NCBI GenBank assembly: GCA_964016885.1
Contig: OZ024748.1
Span: 1,302,001-1,366,000 of the forward strand
Direction: 5' to 3'
From: Eledone cirrhosa
Lineage: Eukaryota
DNA length: 64,000 nt
In this document: positions 27,597 through 40,408 of the stretch, piece by piece
Layout of the letters: every line of letters starts with the position of its first letter
How positions within the stretch are numbered: position 1 is the stretch's first letter
Made by a program: the position numbers and the translations under genes
The notes under the pieces: model-generated
Databases searched by the model: none
The model's input: the letters and a program-made list of their open reading frames with translations, nothing else
What the model was told of the DNA's origin: nothing

Positions 27597-27815
27597 AGCG
27601 GATTGGCAGTATCGGTAGAGGGTCAGACGCCATGCTTTGCAGCATAGAGTTACGTCCCTTTATGATCTGAGTTCAAATCCAGCCGAGGTTAACTTTACCT
27701 TTCATCCCTACAGGGTCGATAAAACAAAGTATCAGTCAAGCACTGGGGTCGATTTAATCGACTTTCCGCTTCCCTCTAAAATTGCTGGCCTTGTGCCAAA
27801 AATAGAAACCATTAT
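27597..27815 (+). mobile_element. SINE family 1
   Basis: same A/B boxes and core. Confidence 0.85.
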
Positions 27816-28224
27816 TTTGTCAGAGTCAGTAGCTGGGTATCTAGTAACCTAGGTTAACCCTAAATTGTCTAACCCCCTCCCCCCCCTAATCCCAGTTATG
27901 TGCCCTATTCTCAAAAATAAAATAAAAGCTGACGAATCTCATTTTTGACATTTCTAACCTCTGACTACACTAGGAGAATTATTAAGCCTACATTTTACAC
28001 TACACTTCCAACTGTCATCTAACGCCACATTATGGAACTGGTCAAAATACGATACGGTCCTCTCCACCGCTCTAGATATTTCCACAACGCTGCTAGGCGG
28101 CAAAGATGTTTAGTGATTTAGTATCTATTGGTCACAGGATATTATGTAATTAATTTAATCCTAGAAATTTGTTTATAACTTTGATCCTTTCGCGTTCAGT
28201 ACTGGGCCTTTCTGGTGGTGGGGT

Positions 28225-28400
28225 CGTCATCATCATCCGGCGGCGACCTCACCCGAAATGGACTCAACAATTGATCTCCATGTGTGTCTGTCGTTCATTG
28301 CCGTTGCCAAGTCGTGGATTTCAATACCAGAATCTCTGGAGATGCCATCGGGGTAGGAGAGCTTGTGCCCCCTGTTGTTAGTGACTGCTTGTGGTTTCCA
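28225..28400 (-). mobile_element. RTE-like LINE extreme 3' end
   Basis: LSYPDGISRDSGIEIHDLATAMNDRHTWRSIV followed by a short (GAT)n tail. Confidence 0.6.
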
Positions 28401-28716
28401 AAGCACTAATGGGAACACAGCCTCGTGTCGTAAGCGGCTGCGTAATAGGTGTTAATAGTAGCGCCAATACCGATTGAGATTCTAGATTAGCCATCATTCC
28501 TGGTTGCAATGTTGTAACGGCTGATAGCGAACAAATTGCCGGTTTTTGTTGAAATAAATGAAAGGTTTAAAAGGAAGAATGTTATGTAAAGACAATATCG
28601 AAAAACAATAAATAAATTAAGCACATACTTCAAACTGCATTACACACACTCACATACAATTACACACACACAAACACACACGCACACACACAAACACACA
28701 CACACACAAACACACA

Positions 28717-28818
<102 letters not shown>

Positions 28819-28842
28819 AGCATTATGTTATACACACACGGC

Positions 28843-29027
28843 GCGGTGGATGGCAGTATCGGTAGAGGGTCGGACGCCATGCTTTCCAGCATAGTTACGT
28901 CCCTTTACGATCTGAGTTCAAATCCCGCCGAGGTTGACTTTGCCTTTCATCCTTGCGGGGTCGATAAAATAAAGTACCAGTAATGCACTAGGTAATTGCT
29001 GGCCTTGTGCCTAAAGTAGAAACAATT
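28843..29027 (+). mobile_element. SINE family 1
   Basis: same A/B boxes and core. Confidence 0.87.
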
Positions 29028-29064
29028 ATGTTATACACACACATATATATTGTGTGTGTACACC

Positions 29065-29575
29065 CCACCACCACACCACCACCACACCACAACACCACCA
29101 TCATCACACCACCACCACACCACCATCATCCCCACCACAACACCACTAACACCATCACACCACCACCACACCACCACCAGCACCAACACCAACAACACCA
29201 TCACCACCACCACCACTACACCACCACACCAACATCACCACCACCACCACCACCAATATTACCACCACCAACACCACCAACACCACCACCAACATCACCA
29301 ACAACACCACCAACAACAACAACACCACCAACACACCACCACCACACCACCTGCCACCACCACCACCACCACTGCCACCAGCACTACCACCACCACCACC
29401 ACCACCACCTACACCACCACCACCACCACCACCGCCACTAGTACTACCACCACCGCCACCACCACCACCAACACCACCACCTACACCACCACCACCACCG
29501 CCACCAGTACCACCACCACCACCACCACCGCCACCAGTACTACCACCACCACCACCACCACCGCCACCACCACTA
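29065..29575. repeat. (CAC)n-rich low-complexity repeat
   Basis: direct reading. Confidence 0.95.
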
Positions 29576-29729
29576 TCTCTATAAACAACAACTTAAGTAT
29601 CTCCTATATAAAGCTGTAATAGTTATATAATGTAACACAATTCACTTGGATAACTGCAGCAGCAGCACCAGACTTGCATTACACTGCACCAGACTTGCAT
29701 TAGCCTGCGCTACACTTGCACCACCGTTG

Positions 29730-30048
29730 CACTTACACTAGACTACACTACACTACAGTAGACTACACTAACACTACACTTACACTAGACTGCACAACTC
29801 TAGCACTACACTTCACTAACACTTAGCGTCACATTAGACTACACTTAAACAACACTTAGCGTTACATTAGGCTACACTTAAACAACACTTATTGCCACAT
29901 TAGGCTACACTTAAACAACACTTAGCGTTACATTAGACTACACTTAAACAACACTTAACGTTACATTAGACTACACTTAAACAACACTTATTGCCACATT
30001 AGGCTACACTTAAACAACACTTAGCGTTACATTAGACTACACTAAACC
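29730..30048. repeat. CACTA-rich tract grading into a ~33-bp minisatellite
   Basis: unit TTAG(A/G)CTACACTTAAACAACACTTA(GCGTT/TTGCC)ACA, about 6-7 copies. Confidence 0.85.
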
Positions 30049-30073
30049 GTACACCAAACACCAAACTCTCGAC

Positions 30074-30105
30074 TATAAATATTATATCCGGATAAGCCGT
30101 CATTC
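30074..30105 (+). promoter_or_regulatory. candidate TATA + Initiator core promoter for ACE exon variant B
   Basis: TATAAAT at 30074-30080; TCATTC (matches Inr TCAKTY) with its A at 30102, 28 nt downstream; ATG 113 nt further on. Confidence 0.4.
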
Positions 30106-30139
30106 AGATCGCGTGTCTAGAGTAAAACAATATCGGTAG

Positions 30140-30190
<51 letters not shown>

Positions 30191-30214
30191 GGTTCTAAAA
30201 AGGTTTTTAAAAAA

Positions 30215-30406
30215 ATGTTTTCGACACCAAACGTGTTAGCGTTGTCTCTGTTATATTTGGTAGACCTTTCAGGATTAACTTATGCTGTGAATCAGGAAAA
30301 ATGGTTGGAAGAGTACGCTGAGAAATTTTCCAATTCCTACATTTCTTTTATACATGCCTTGTGGAATTTTCAGGTGGACATCACAAACGACAGCCAAGAG
30401 AAAATG
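30215..30406 (+). CDS. ACE: ACE-like (peptidase M2) first coding exon, variant B, 64 aa
   Basis: MFSTPNVLALSLLYLVDLSGLTYAVNQEKWLEEYAEKFSNSYISFIHALWNFQVDITNDSQEKM; AAAAATG start; phase-0 donor ATG|GTAAAC; WL..Y and A.W.F..D.T spacing identical to variant A. Confidence 0.8.
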
Positions 30407-31358
30407 GTAAACTACCTTTTGTTTTTGAGTTAATTTTGGTTTTGTTGGTTTGTTTTCTGTTGTTTTTGTTTTTTGTTTTGTTCGTTTGTTTGTTTGATGG
30501 ATTTAATTGCAGCTCCATCACAAACACCAACATCACCATCACCACCATCACACTCACCAACACCAACACGACCATCACCACCACCACCAACATCACCATC
30601 GCCACCACCAACACAACTCGGATTCTACACACACACTCATACATATATATATATATATATGAGTGTTAAACATTTTCATATATATATATATGTATATATA
30701 TGTATATATGGTGGCTGCCAACTCGTTTTCGAGTACGGCCACTCCTTTATATCCATGTAGGAGAACCCCTACCGATGCGCTGAACAAGTGTGACTTTTTA
30801 GTCCAGCCAGCGACTTGAAAACTCTGGTACAAACACTACACTTGTGACAATTATTGACACATAGTGCTGGGCCCATGGTACCATGTGACGACAAGTGCAG
30901 AGAGATCTCCAGATATAAAGCAATGCCTGTGCCGTGAAGCTTTTATAGTGAGCAAAGGCACTGCACAAAACCAGTCCCACTCTCTTAACCAAGATGATAT
31001 TTACCAAAAAGAAGAACAAGTCAACATCATTGGATACCATCAGGGTTGCAGGTGTTATATCAGAGTTTTCCTTCTCCTAGAATTCTGCCTTGACAAAGGC
31101 TAAGGGGTCATCTCTCCCGGTGATTTTGGATGGCCATTGACTCTTACGAGCTCCTTTGCCCTTTGACAGGTTTTGTTTTTAGTCCTGCAGGATGTCCAAA
31201 GTCACCCTCCTCACCAAGAAACCTTGGTGGGGTTGCCAGTTTAGTCGCCAACGACCCGACCATGAGACAGGTTGTACTGGGATACATGTTACCAGTAGCA
31301 CCAACTGGTGACCTGACATATATGTATATATACATATATATATACACACACACACATT

Positions 31359-31400
<42 letters not shown>

Positions 31401-31437
31401 AATATGTATACACACACATATATATGTATATATATAT

Positions 31438-32045
31438 CAATTTTGAGAATATGTTGGTTGTTTACCGACACCTCAATATGCAGATTGGAGCACTCGACGA
31501 AGTGCGCAGGTTGGTTTGGTTACTCCGGAGTAATGTAAAATAAAATAATTAAGTCAAATATTTAAAATTTGGCTTCGTTTATGAAAGATGTACTGCTATA
31601 TATATTTCAGTGACAGCCATCATTGGCTGTGACCTCTTCAGGCAGTCCGAATTGGTGTGGTAGAGACAGGTTCACATGTTGTTAAAGTGTTTTACTCCGT
31701 CAATACTCCGATATGTCCAGCTCCTAGTTGGGTTGTTATTTCTCTGAGGAACTGGAATCATATGAATTCGAACAAACGAATTTCGGTATCATAGGACACT
31801 CTCTCCTCCCATTGGTCAGTTGTGAGAATATTCCTCAGTCAAAAGACTATAGAAATTTTTTTCTGAGGCAAGACAATCTTTTGTGGTTGTTTTTGTTAAG
31901 TGCAGCTGACCTCCTCCCTTGTGTTTATAGGTGTTAGGGGGTTAGCTGGCAGGTCAGCCTTAGTTCTACTGATGCTGTCTTTAGAAGAATGAGTGTATGT
32001 TGGTTGGCATCAATCCTACCACCCTTTCGCGTGGTGGGGGTGCCA
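31438..32045 (-). mobile_element. Penelope-like/retrozyme-like repeat carrying a hammerhead (31592-31646)
   Basis: same family at 48378-48649 + 49586-49685, 49840-49905, 52125-52592; minus strand ACTGC-CTGAAGA..GAAA-TATATA-TA-GCAGT. Confidence 0.65.
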
Positions 32046-32335
32046 AACAGATGATGAAATAAGATAAAGTAAAATGAAGAAATAAAATATAAATAAAAAA
32101 ATAATAATAATAAAATAAGATAAGATACAAAAAAGGATGAAGAATAACATGGTTAGCTGTACAACCTATATAGGAATTACCGCGAACTCGCTGCCTAACT
32201 ATGGAAACATCTTGTTGAGTCAAACAAAGCCGTACGTTAAAACTATCCACGACGTAGAGTACTCACAACCTCTAACTGGATTACCTATAACGATAACTTG
32301 TTACCCGTTACCCCATATATATATATGTGAGAAGA

Positions 32336-32419
32336 ACCCTCTGACGAAATTTTCCTTCTCAATGGTGTTCCGCGTGGATTATCCATTTATTTTGAGACTT
32401 GAAACCGCGCGATAAGGGT
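32336..32419 (+). ncRNA. degenerate hammerhead-like motif
   Basis: ACCCT-CTGACGA-[irregular stem II]-GAAA-CCGCGCGA-TA-AGGGT; near-palindromic stem III. Confidence 0.45.
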
Positions 32420-32487
32420 AAATATAGTAAGTACAGTAAACCTTTTAAATTTTATTTTAAAACTTTTTGTCTATTTGCTAAACCTTG

Positions 32488-32530
<43 letters not shown>

Positions 32531-33010
32531 AGAGGGTGTAACGTGGAGTTACTATAGGTTCACCCGGGTAAGCACTCGATGTTTACGTTCACTTCTGTGT
32601 CGAGATGTAGAGATAGACAGAGTGTAGTATAATATAATAAAACAAGGACGAGTAGTTACATTTTCTCATTACCATTAGTCGGGCTAGATCGATACAGATG
32701 GAACATTGAGCTGATCAGTGGCAAAACGCGCGTCAAGAATCACTTCACTTGTAGTTCTAAACAATTTAATTTAATTTTATAATTTGGTTTTGTAGATCTA
32801 GTAAGTTCTTTGTTAACTTCGGTGGGAAGATTTTTAAAGATTCCTGGTTAACTTCCTCGTATTCGTCGGTGGCGATTGTCAAACTGAGATCAGGTTGTGT
32901 TGTGATGTGTGACTCTATATATAAGAGATTTGGATATGTTTGGGGGTTAAGGTGGTGTTAATGAGTGTGGGAGTGAAGGAGTGTTGATGAAGATATATAT
33001 ATATATAGAT

Positions 33011-34189
33011 ATGTTTCTTTATTAGCCACAGGGGCACAAGAGAAGGGGACAAATACAAAGGGGGAAGTTTACATACAATAAAAACGTGTAAAATATTATC
33101 ACAAATGTAATTTAAAAATTAGTCGATTTTCCCCAATAGGGGGAGACATTTCATATGGGTAACACATACCCCCGAAAAAAATGTGCAACCCTCATCTTCA
33201 GGAGTTCGAAGAGTTTGTACTCCTTTCCTCTCCTCCTCTTTTTCCTCAACCTACAGGCTGATATAGAGAGAAGGCCCATTCACTCGGGCCATTCTCGCCA
33301 CTTTCACCCACCTTTCATAAAACTTGCTTGGGTACAGCACCTCTCTCTCCATCCTGATTCTTCTTCCAAAGTGGTATTTGAAAAAAAGAATCAGTTGTTG
33401 GCCGGAGAGAAAGGTGTCTGGCCTCAGCCCTTTCAACCTTGTCCACCATACAACCTCTTTCGCCATAGCTATCACACAAAGGAAAACCGCCTCTCCTTCG
33501 TTTTTGAAGGAGGGTGGCGGTTTAATCATGACAATGGACTCAGTGGTCAACCGGATTGATCCCACCCGCGACAATAGTCGTTCTACATACCCCCACAGGT
33601 CGGTGACGCCCGGGCAGTGTATGAATGCGTGCGCGACAGTTTCTTCGTCTCGCACGCACCTCGGATAGATCTTTTTTGCAGGGTCCCTGCCGGGGCGCCC
33701 ATGTCTGTAGAGCTTGTCTCGAACTGGTAGAGCTCCTCGGTAGCACTGCCAGGCCAGGGACTTTGGGAAGTTTCCCATCGGTTCCGGGCGGAAGGTCCTA
33801 CCGAACAGACTGGCCAGTTCGTCTTCCTCTACGCCCAGAGTTTCACCGAGCACGTCGTCGCACTTGCTGCGGATCAACCCTCTATAGAATGACGAAGTGG
33901 GGGTCTCCACTGATCGCCGGGTCCGCCTGCCAGAGGGCTGTGAGCGCCTGAGCACATTCGATGTGCCAGTTGCCCATTTTCCTCGGTCTTTGCTTGACCC
34001 AGGACTGCAGCTCGGTCAGCGAGACGAGTCGTGGGAAGGCTCGCCTCACGAATGGGGCCCACACCGGTTGTCCGGTGAGGAATACGTAGAGGTGCCGCAG
34101 CCTGAGCGCGTATTTGCGCATCGTCAGCCAGGGCAGCCCCAGCCCTCCGTTGGAAGGGCGCTGGCAGCAGATGGATCTTCTCACCAAAG

Positions 34190-34190
<1 letters not shown>
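33011..34190 (-). mobile_element. 5'-truncated Tx1 LINE, related subfamily
   Basis: ORFs 33882-34187 and 33251-33955 are homologous to 1800-2915 (VRRSICCQ, SLAWQCYRGALPVRDKLYRHG, AKEVVWWTRLKG); 3' AATAAA; 5' end abuts (GATA)n. Confidence 0.92.
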
Positions 34191-34233
<43 letters not shown>

Positions 34234-34619
34234 TGTATGTGTGTGTGTGTGCGTGTGTGTGTGTGTGTCTGTGTGTGATTTAATAATTCCCTGATTACAA
34301 CATTATACTCTCGGACCCTTATAATATGTGGGGTTGGAATAAGTGGGGGTCGGGGGAGGAAATCGGTAATCTTTCTAAGTTGTCTCCGTTGATTTTTTTA
34401 AAATCCAGAATTAGTCGTTTAGTTTACATATTGAGACACCCCCCCCCCCCCCCCCCCAACCATCCTATTTATTTTATAACGTATAGGATTTCTAGTAATG
34501 TACTTTATTTTTTTGTCATGTATAATGTCTTTTTAATGTCTAAAGAAAATTAATTGTCACAGGAATGCTACCACTTAAAATAAAATTTCGTCGGAGATAG
34601 ATTAGCAAAATTTAATAAG

Positions 34620-34980
34620 CCACCCATCCACACCACATCCCTTCTACATCCTGACTGAGCCCTGTCTCGACAACTCTCACTTTGAAGCCAATGTGAGGGA
34701 GAGAAACTTTACATCCGCGTGGATCATTTCGGTAGAAGAAAAGGGTGGGAGTGCCTTTGTCCTCTTTTACATCAGAGGAAAATGACATTCTCCAATGGCT
34801 ACTATAAATCAATTTCTGTGTACTACAAAACCAATGATTTGACAGTAGTTGGGCTCTATAGGCCAACCCAAACGCCCCTTACTGTGCTTCAAAGAATTCC
34901 TCAACATCATTAAGAGTTTTATACAGCAGCGCCCACTCTGGTAATATACTAAAGATGAATGGCTTTAACTTCCCCTGTAA
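34620..34980 (+). pseudogene. degraded APE endonuclease fragment of a CR1/L2-like LINE
   Basis: across frames: ILTEPCL, KGGSAFV, VVGLYRP, GFNFP. Confidence 0.5.
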
Positions 34981-35722
34981 TAATTTGTCTACAAACTGTT
35001 CGAAACCAGTTATTTCCAACTCAACGCCCTATAAAGTAGAAGCAGTAGAATCACGTTTCTACATTAACCACTTCAGTGGCGTAGACGAGATAACTCGTCC
35101 TAACATATTTCAATTCTTTTCCAAAAATTCATAACTTCAAAATTATGAAATCGTTTCCAAAAGTTCATAACTTCAAAGCTAGATGGGGTTACTAGTTTAT
35201 TGATGTGACGTTTGTCAATCATTCAGATATGTGTTGTTAATAAATGTTTGTTTAGAAAAATAGTCATTTTACTAAAACAAACAAAAAAACCGGAACAGCA
35301 ACTGTAGCTGTTTAAAAAATACGCGGCAGTCAACAGGTTAAGGATGTGTTTATCTTGTTCCAACTTGTTGCTCGCACAAACAAGATGTCACAAAATCTTT
35401 TGGGGATTTAGTGTTTAGTAACACTATAAGTCGTGTTATGGGATCATCTGCGATTCTAGATGGCAGAATGTCGAGATGCTACCTCAAAACATTTGCGTCC
35501 ACCACATGTAAATCTCTTAGGAATTTTGGCAGCTTGGGATCCTTGAGACCCAGGGTATTGCATTACCTGGTATTTATATGTATTTCTCTCTCTCTCTCCT
35601 TTTCTTTCTCTCTCTCCCTCTCTTTCTCTCTCTCTCTCTCCCTCCCTCCCTCCTCTCTCTCCATCCTCTCTCTCTCCCTTCTCTCTCCTTTTCTTTCTCT
35701 CTCTCTCTCCCTCCTCTTTCTC

Positions 35723-35760
<38 letters not shown>

Positions 35761-35769
35761 TCTTTCTTA

Positions 35770-35803
<34 letters not shown>

Positions 35804-36658
35804 TTATATGTGTATGGGTTGTTTGGCTTATGATCGTAAGGTCGTGAGTTCAACTGAAGACTGCGCATTGTACCCTTGAGCAAGACACTTTATTTCAGAT
35901 TGCTTTAGTCCACACCGCTATAATAGAAAGGGCCAATGCTTGTACGGCTGTTTAACCCTATGATCTAAGTCAAGGGTAGAGACGTCTGTGAAACGCTGAG
36001 CCACTTACACGTTAGTTTCACGAGCATGTTGTTCTGTTTGCCATAATGACTGGAACAGTCATCGTCAAAACCGACTGAGGTCCAACAGATAAGTAGAGAA
36101 GGGGCGGGAGGTAAGTAAAGGGAGTGTAGTGAAATGAAGGTAGGGGAGTGGATTGGGGAGACGATGTACAGCAATTTCAAATTGATGTCAATAAAATGTC
36201 AAATGAACAGGGGTCAAACATTGTCAAATGTCAACAGCTCTCTCTCTCTCTCTCTTACTCCCTCTCTCTCTCTTACTCTTTCTCTTACTCTCTCTCTCTC
36301 TCTCTTACTCTCTCTCTCTCTCACCACACCCATACTCCCCCTCTCTCTCTCTCTCTCTCGCCTCACCCTTAGTCTCCCCCTCTCCCCCCCCATAAACACT
36401 CACACACAGGTAAACACATACACAGCTACACACACACACACACACACACAGGTACACACACACACACACGCAGGTACACACATACAGGTACACACACTCA
36501 CACACATACACATACAGGTACACACACACACCCACAAACAGCTACACACACACACTCTTTCCCCTACTAGTGACACTTGTTTGTCAAATCTACATGTTGG
36601 TGACAAGTGTACATAACTTAGCTTATTATATATACATTATTATTATTATATATACAAT

Positions 36659-36775
36659 GGCGGTGGATGGCAGTATCGGTAGAGGGTCGGACGCCATACT
36701 TTCCAGCATATTTACGTCCCTTTACGATCTGAGTTCAAATCCCGCCGAGGTTGACTTTGCCTTTCATCCTTACGG
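36659..36775 (+). mobile_element. SINE family 1, 3'-truncated
   Basis: A/B boxes and start of core. Confidence 0.82.
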
Positions 36776-37298
36776 ACACACACATGTATATATAATAAGC
36801 TAAGTTTATTTTTATAGAATTATATATATACACGTACATACATATATGTATACATTATATATGTACACGTACATACATATATGTATACAGACGTACAGTA
36901 GTATGTATATATATATACATACATGCACACATATATATATGATATATATGTACGTATGGATTCACCGAACATTTATTATAATGCTCGGTGTGTTTGTAAA
37001 CAAACATCCCGTATTAAGCCGTAGTGTCTAGCAACCATCGTTGCTCGTTTGTTCAACACTGGGCAACGATGGTTGCTAGACACTACGGCTTAATACGGGA
37101 TGTTTGTTTACAAACACACCAAGCATTATAATAAATGTTCGGTGAATCCATACGTACATATATATATGTGTGCATGTATGTATATATATATACATACTAC
37201 TGTACGTCTGTATACATATATGTATGTACGTGTACATACTTATATTTAAGTAACAGCCGTACTAAGAGTGGGAAATGAAATTTCGTTTCATTTTTTCC

Positions 37299-37375
<77 letters not shown>

Positions 37376-37729
37376 ATAAACCAGATAAGATAATTATTTC
37401 ATTTACCAGTGCAAACTTGACTGTCACCACAGAATCTGAACCTGAAGATTGCGAAAGCATGGAAGTACTTGTTCAATTAACACTTAACATTTAATATTCT
37501 ACCATACTATTTCATTCTAATACCATTATAAATGTTAAAGGATTGTAAATAAAACGAGTAAATCAGACAAAGTTGGAATTCCTTTTATTAATATAATCTT
37601 CTATACACAATCATACACACCCGTGTATATTTATCTATATATATATATACGTATATATATATATATGTCCCAAGGCTCTGATACCATCAACACTATAAAC
37701 ACACAGCTGGCATATCTAAGAACTGACTA

Positions 37730-37785
37730 ACTGCCTGATGAGGTCATAGCCACTCAATGGCTATCATCGAAATATATATAGCAGT
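37730..37785 (+). ncRNA. minimal type I hammerhead ribozyme motif
   Basis: ACTGC-CTGATGA-GGTCATAGCC(ACTCAAT)GGCTATCATC-GAAA-TATATA-TA-GCAGT; complete core, stems I and II pair. Confidence 0.7.
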
Positions 37786-37977
37786 AAATAAAGGATTATG
37801 AGTTCATGCAATTGACTTATGTTTCGTCACTATTATAACTCCGGAACTTATATCTTCGTTGAGTGCTCCCTATCCGCATACTGAAGAACTGTGTTTTACC
37901 AACACTTACTTTCTTGCTTACCCCATGCTCCACACCTTGTTGAGCGCTTCATACAGTAGCGGACCGCATAAAAATGA

Positions 37978-38009
<32 letters not shown>

Positions 38010-38324
38010 ATACACACTCATACACACCCGTGTATATTTATCTATATATATATATACGTATATATATATACGTATATATATATATATATGTCCCAAGGCT
38101 CTGATACCATCAACACTATAAACACACAGATGGCATATATATATGCATATATATATATATGTTTGTGTGTGTTTGTATTTCAAATGTGTTATATACAACC
38201 CCACCCAGCTATGTTCAACAGACCTAAACTAAACAAGACACAGACTAAACACGAGACACATCTGTTGTCATATTAAACTTGACATCACACACTTTATATG
38301 GATTAGTATATACTTGGAGAACTC

Positions 38325-38968
38325 ATACTACAGCACACTACACTACACTATACTATACTACATCACACTACAACACACTACACTACACCACACTACACTA
38401 CAGCACACTACACTACACTATACTATACTACATCACACTACAACACACTACATTACAACACACTACACTACACCACGCTATACTACACCACACTACACTA
38501 TACTATACTACACTACACTATACTACAGCACACTACACCACACCACACTACAGCACACTACACTATACTACACCACACTACACTACGGCACACTACCCTA
38601 TACTACAGCACACTACACTACACTACACCACACTCCAGCACACTACCCTATACTACAGCACACTACACTACACTACAGCACACTACACTACACTACACCA
38701 CACTCCAGCACACTACCCTATACTACAGCACACTACACTACACTACACCACACTCCAGCACACTACCCTATACTACAGCACACTACACTACACTACACCA
38801 CACTCCAGCACACTACCCTATACTACAGCACACTACACTACACTACACCACATTACACTATACTACACCACACTATACTACAGCACACTACACTATAATA
38901 CTGCACACTACACCACACCACACTACAGCACACTACACCACAGTACACTACACCACACTACACTATAC
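38325..38968. repeat. (CACTA)-type pentanucleotide satellite
   Basis: direct reading. Confidence 0.95.
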
Positions 38969-40200
38969 AACAGCTTTGTGTTATTGGAATCTGACGCAGT
39001 TTATATCTCATCAGCCTTCTCACTCCACCACTGATCCTTCGCCTAACACGTGATTTCACATCCTTGAGTTCCTTATGCAACATATTCTTCTCCTGTGGTT
39101 TTGCCGTCAAGTAGCGTGACAGAGCACGCCTCTTATCAGCCAACAAGTCTTCTATATGTTCATCATTCTCATTAAACCAGTCTCGATGTTTTCTCTGCAC
39201 CAACCCCAGAACACGCCTGCCTACATCATAAACCGACTTTTTAAGGGTCGGCCAATCCTCACCAAGATCTGCAACCTGCATCTCTTCTCTCAATGTCCTC
39301 TTCACATTTTTATCCCTAAGACGAGCAGCATTCAATCTTCTGGGCAGGGTAACACCAGGAGCCCGGATTTTACGTTTAGTGATTAGTTTCACTTTTGCGC
39401 GTACCAGGCGGTGGTCCGTCCAGCACTCAGCTCCACAAAGAGCACGAACACACTGCACATCCTGTCTGTCACGCATCCTGACTAGGACATAGTCCAAAAG
39501 ATGCCATTCCTTAGATGCAGGATGCATCCATGTGGTCTTGAATTTGTTCTTTTGTTGGAACATGGTGTTGGTAACACACAGATCCAGCTCCTCAGACATC
39601 TGCAGCAGGAACATACCATTGTTGTTACACTTTCCCACCCCATGCCTTCCAATTACATTCCATGTGTTAAACTCCCTACCCACTCTAGCATTAAAGTCAC
39701 CAAGCACGATGACTTTGTCTGCCTGAGGGATATTTCTTAAAACACCTTTCAAGGCATGGTAAAAGGACACCTTTTCCTCATCGACAGAACTCATAGTGGG
39801 AGCATACACACTCACCAGGGTAGCATATCTTCCCTTGTCCAGCGGAACTCTCATGGACATAAGACGCTCACTAATCCCTACTGGAAATTCTTCTAATTCA
39901 TCCACAAGAACACTCTTAACAGCAAATGCTACCCTAGCCTCTCTTCTGGTTCCTTCATCTCTTCCTTTCCAGAAGAATGTATATTCTCCACAAAATTCTG
40001 AAAGATGACCATCTCCAGCTAACCTCAGATAAAGCTACGATATCAAGATCGTAACGTCGAAGCTCCTTTGCAACAAGAGCGGTCCTTCGTTCAGGACGCT
40101 CTAAGGAATCCCTGTCAAGCAGCGTCCGTACGTTCCAGCAGCCAAGACTAAATGCCTTGTTTGGCTCTATTACAGTGGCACGATGACGAGCGGGCCCAGG
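38965..40200 (-). mobile_element. RTE (BovB-like) LINE 5' part: endonuclease domain only
   Basis: GCWNVRTLLD..RPERRTALVAKEL..IVALSE, SVYAPTM, LGDFNARVG, TTWMHP..WHLLDYVLVR, CWTDHRLV; frameshift near 40020; no RT present. Confidence 0.92.
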
Positions 40201-40336
40201 CTGTGATAACCTGGGGCCCCTGCCCTTATTGCCAATTATCTCTTTTGTTCCAGAACCCTTATTACCAATTATCTCTTTTATATTGTTTTGGAACATCATT
40301 GAATTGGGGGGAAAAAAAAGTAATAATAATAGTAAC

Positions 40337-40373
<37 letters not shown>

Positions 40374-40408
40374 GTTCTGGAACAAAAGAGATAATAATAA
40401 TAATACTT

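Noticed and set aside
37674-37687. TGGTATCAGAGC on the minus strand resembling a tRNA-Met primer-binding site
   Set aside because: Plant-type PBS sequence with no adjacent LTR end; lies within a small local duplication (also ~38097).
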